Origin: Thermodesulfobacteriota bacterium
GTDB lineage: Bacteria; Desulfobacterota_D; UBA1144; Nemesobacterales; UBA2774
DNA length: 64,000 nt
Reading direction: 5' to 3'
Assembly (NCBI GenBank): GCA_965216785.1
Contig: OZ244197.1
Location: forward strand, 2,560,001-2,624,000
The position numbers and the translations under genes are program-made. Under the pieces are notes generated by a model. That model was not told where the DNA came from, made no database searches, and was given only the letters and a program-made list of their open reading frames with translations. Position 1 is the stretch's first letter, and the number at the start of each line of letters is the position of its first letter. Positions 63,586 to 64,000 of this stretch are shown in pieces.

Positions 63586-63641
63586 GTCTATATTAGATAT
63601 AGACAAAATATATTTACATTAGGGGGTAAATGTTCTAACAT
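63586..63641 (+). promoter_or_regulatory. Operator palindrome plus sigma70 promoter for the DUF4332 gene
   Basis: GTCTATAT-TAG-ATATAGAC, then TTTACA-N17-TAACAT. Confidence 0.55.
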
Positions 63642-63672
63642 GGGTTAAAAGACACATTGGGAGGAAATCACA

Positions 63673-64000
63673 ATGGCAAGTTTAACAAAAGTAGAAGGAA
63701 TAGGTAAGAAGTATAAGAAGCAGCTGCAAAAAGCTGGCATCTCGACAACGGAGACGCTTCTTAAAGAAGGCGCTACCAGAAAGGGCAGAAACCGCATCGC
63801 CAAGGAATCCGGAATCACGGCCAAGCTGGTACTTGAGTGGGTAAACCACGCGGACCTCTACAGGATAAAAGGAGTCGGAAATCAATACGCAGACTTACTC
63901 GAAGCAAGCGGCGTTGACACGGTGGTTGAGCTCGGAAAGAGAGTACCCGAGAACCTTCTCACAAAGATGTCCCAGGTAAACTCCAAAGGCAGAAAAAAAC
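63673..64000 (+). CDS. DUF4332-domain (helix-hairpin-helix) protein, 3' truncated by window edge
   Basis: MASLTKVEGIGKKY...LEWVNHADLYRIKGVGNQYADLLEASGVDTVVEL; GGGAGG RBS. Confidence 0.88.
   Translation, partial: MASLTKVEGIGKKYKKQLQKAGISTTETLLKEGATRKGRNRIAKESGITAKLVLEWVNHADLYRIKGVGNQYADLLEASGVDTVVELGKRVPENLLTKMSQVNSKGRKK

Overview
Bacterial chromosomal window, roughly 45% GC by eye. Gene order and content (ftsH-folP-cdaA-cdaR-glmM-pdxJ, xerD-S2P-scpA-scpB, phaR) suggest a deltaproteobacteria-like diderm, possibly Ca. Dadabacteria; this is inference only. About 1-29 kb is core housekeeping. About 29-50 kb is mixed metabolism and transport: type III PKS + ICMT, DoxX, sulfite/nitrite reductase, Ada, K+ channel, MscS, and a GT2 + polytopic membrane pair. 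About 50-64 kb is accessory. The main result is a 16-bp motif, TTGCCGA(T/A)TTTTGATG, present in four intergenic copies between 51.2 and 55.7 kb. Each copy is oriented with its downstream gene and sits 21-22 nt before a TAnnnT -10 hexamer. The copies surround an EutR-like AraC gene and appear to define a local regulon: a pentameric ligand-gated ion channel, a patatin lipoprotein, a DUF3313 lipoprotein, a secreted RNase Z-like hydrolase, a SYLF/Ysc84 protein and two outer-membrane barrels. Items missing from the ORF track include a 58-aa basic ORF with a sigma-54-type promoter, a divergent frameshifted GAF pseudogene, and a 3'-truncated DUF4332 gene. A DnaD-like + DnaC/DnaI-like gene pair, a YodB-type operator at doxX and a Fur box at fur were also noted. 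I saw no rRNA, tRNA, CRISPR array or intact mobile element.
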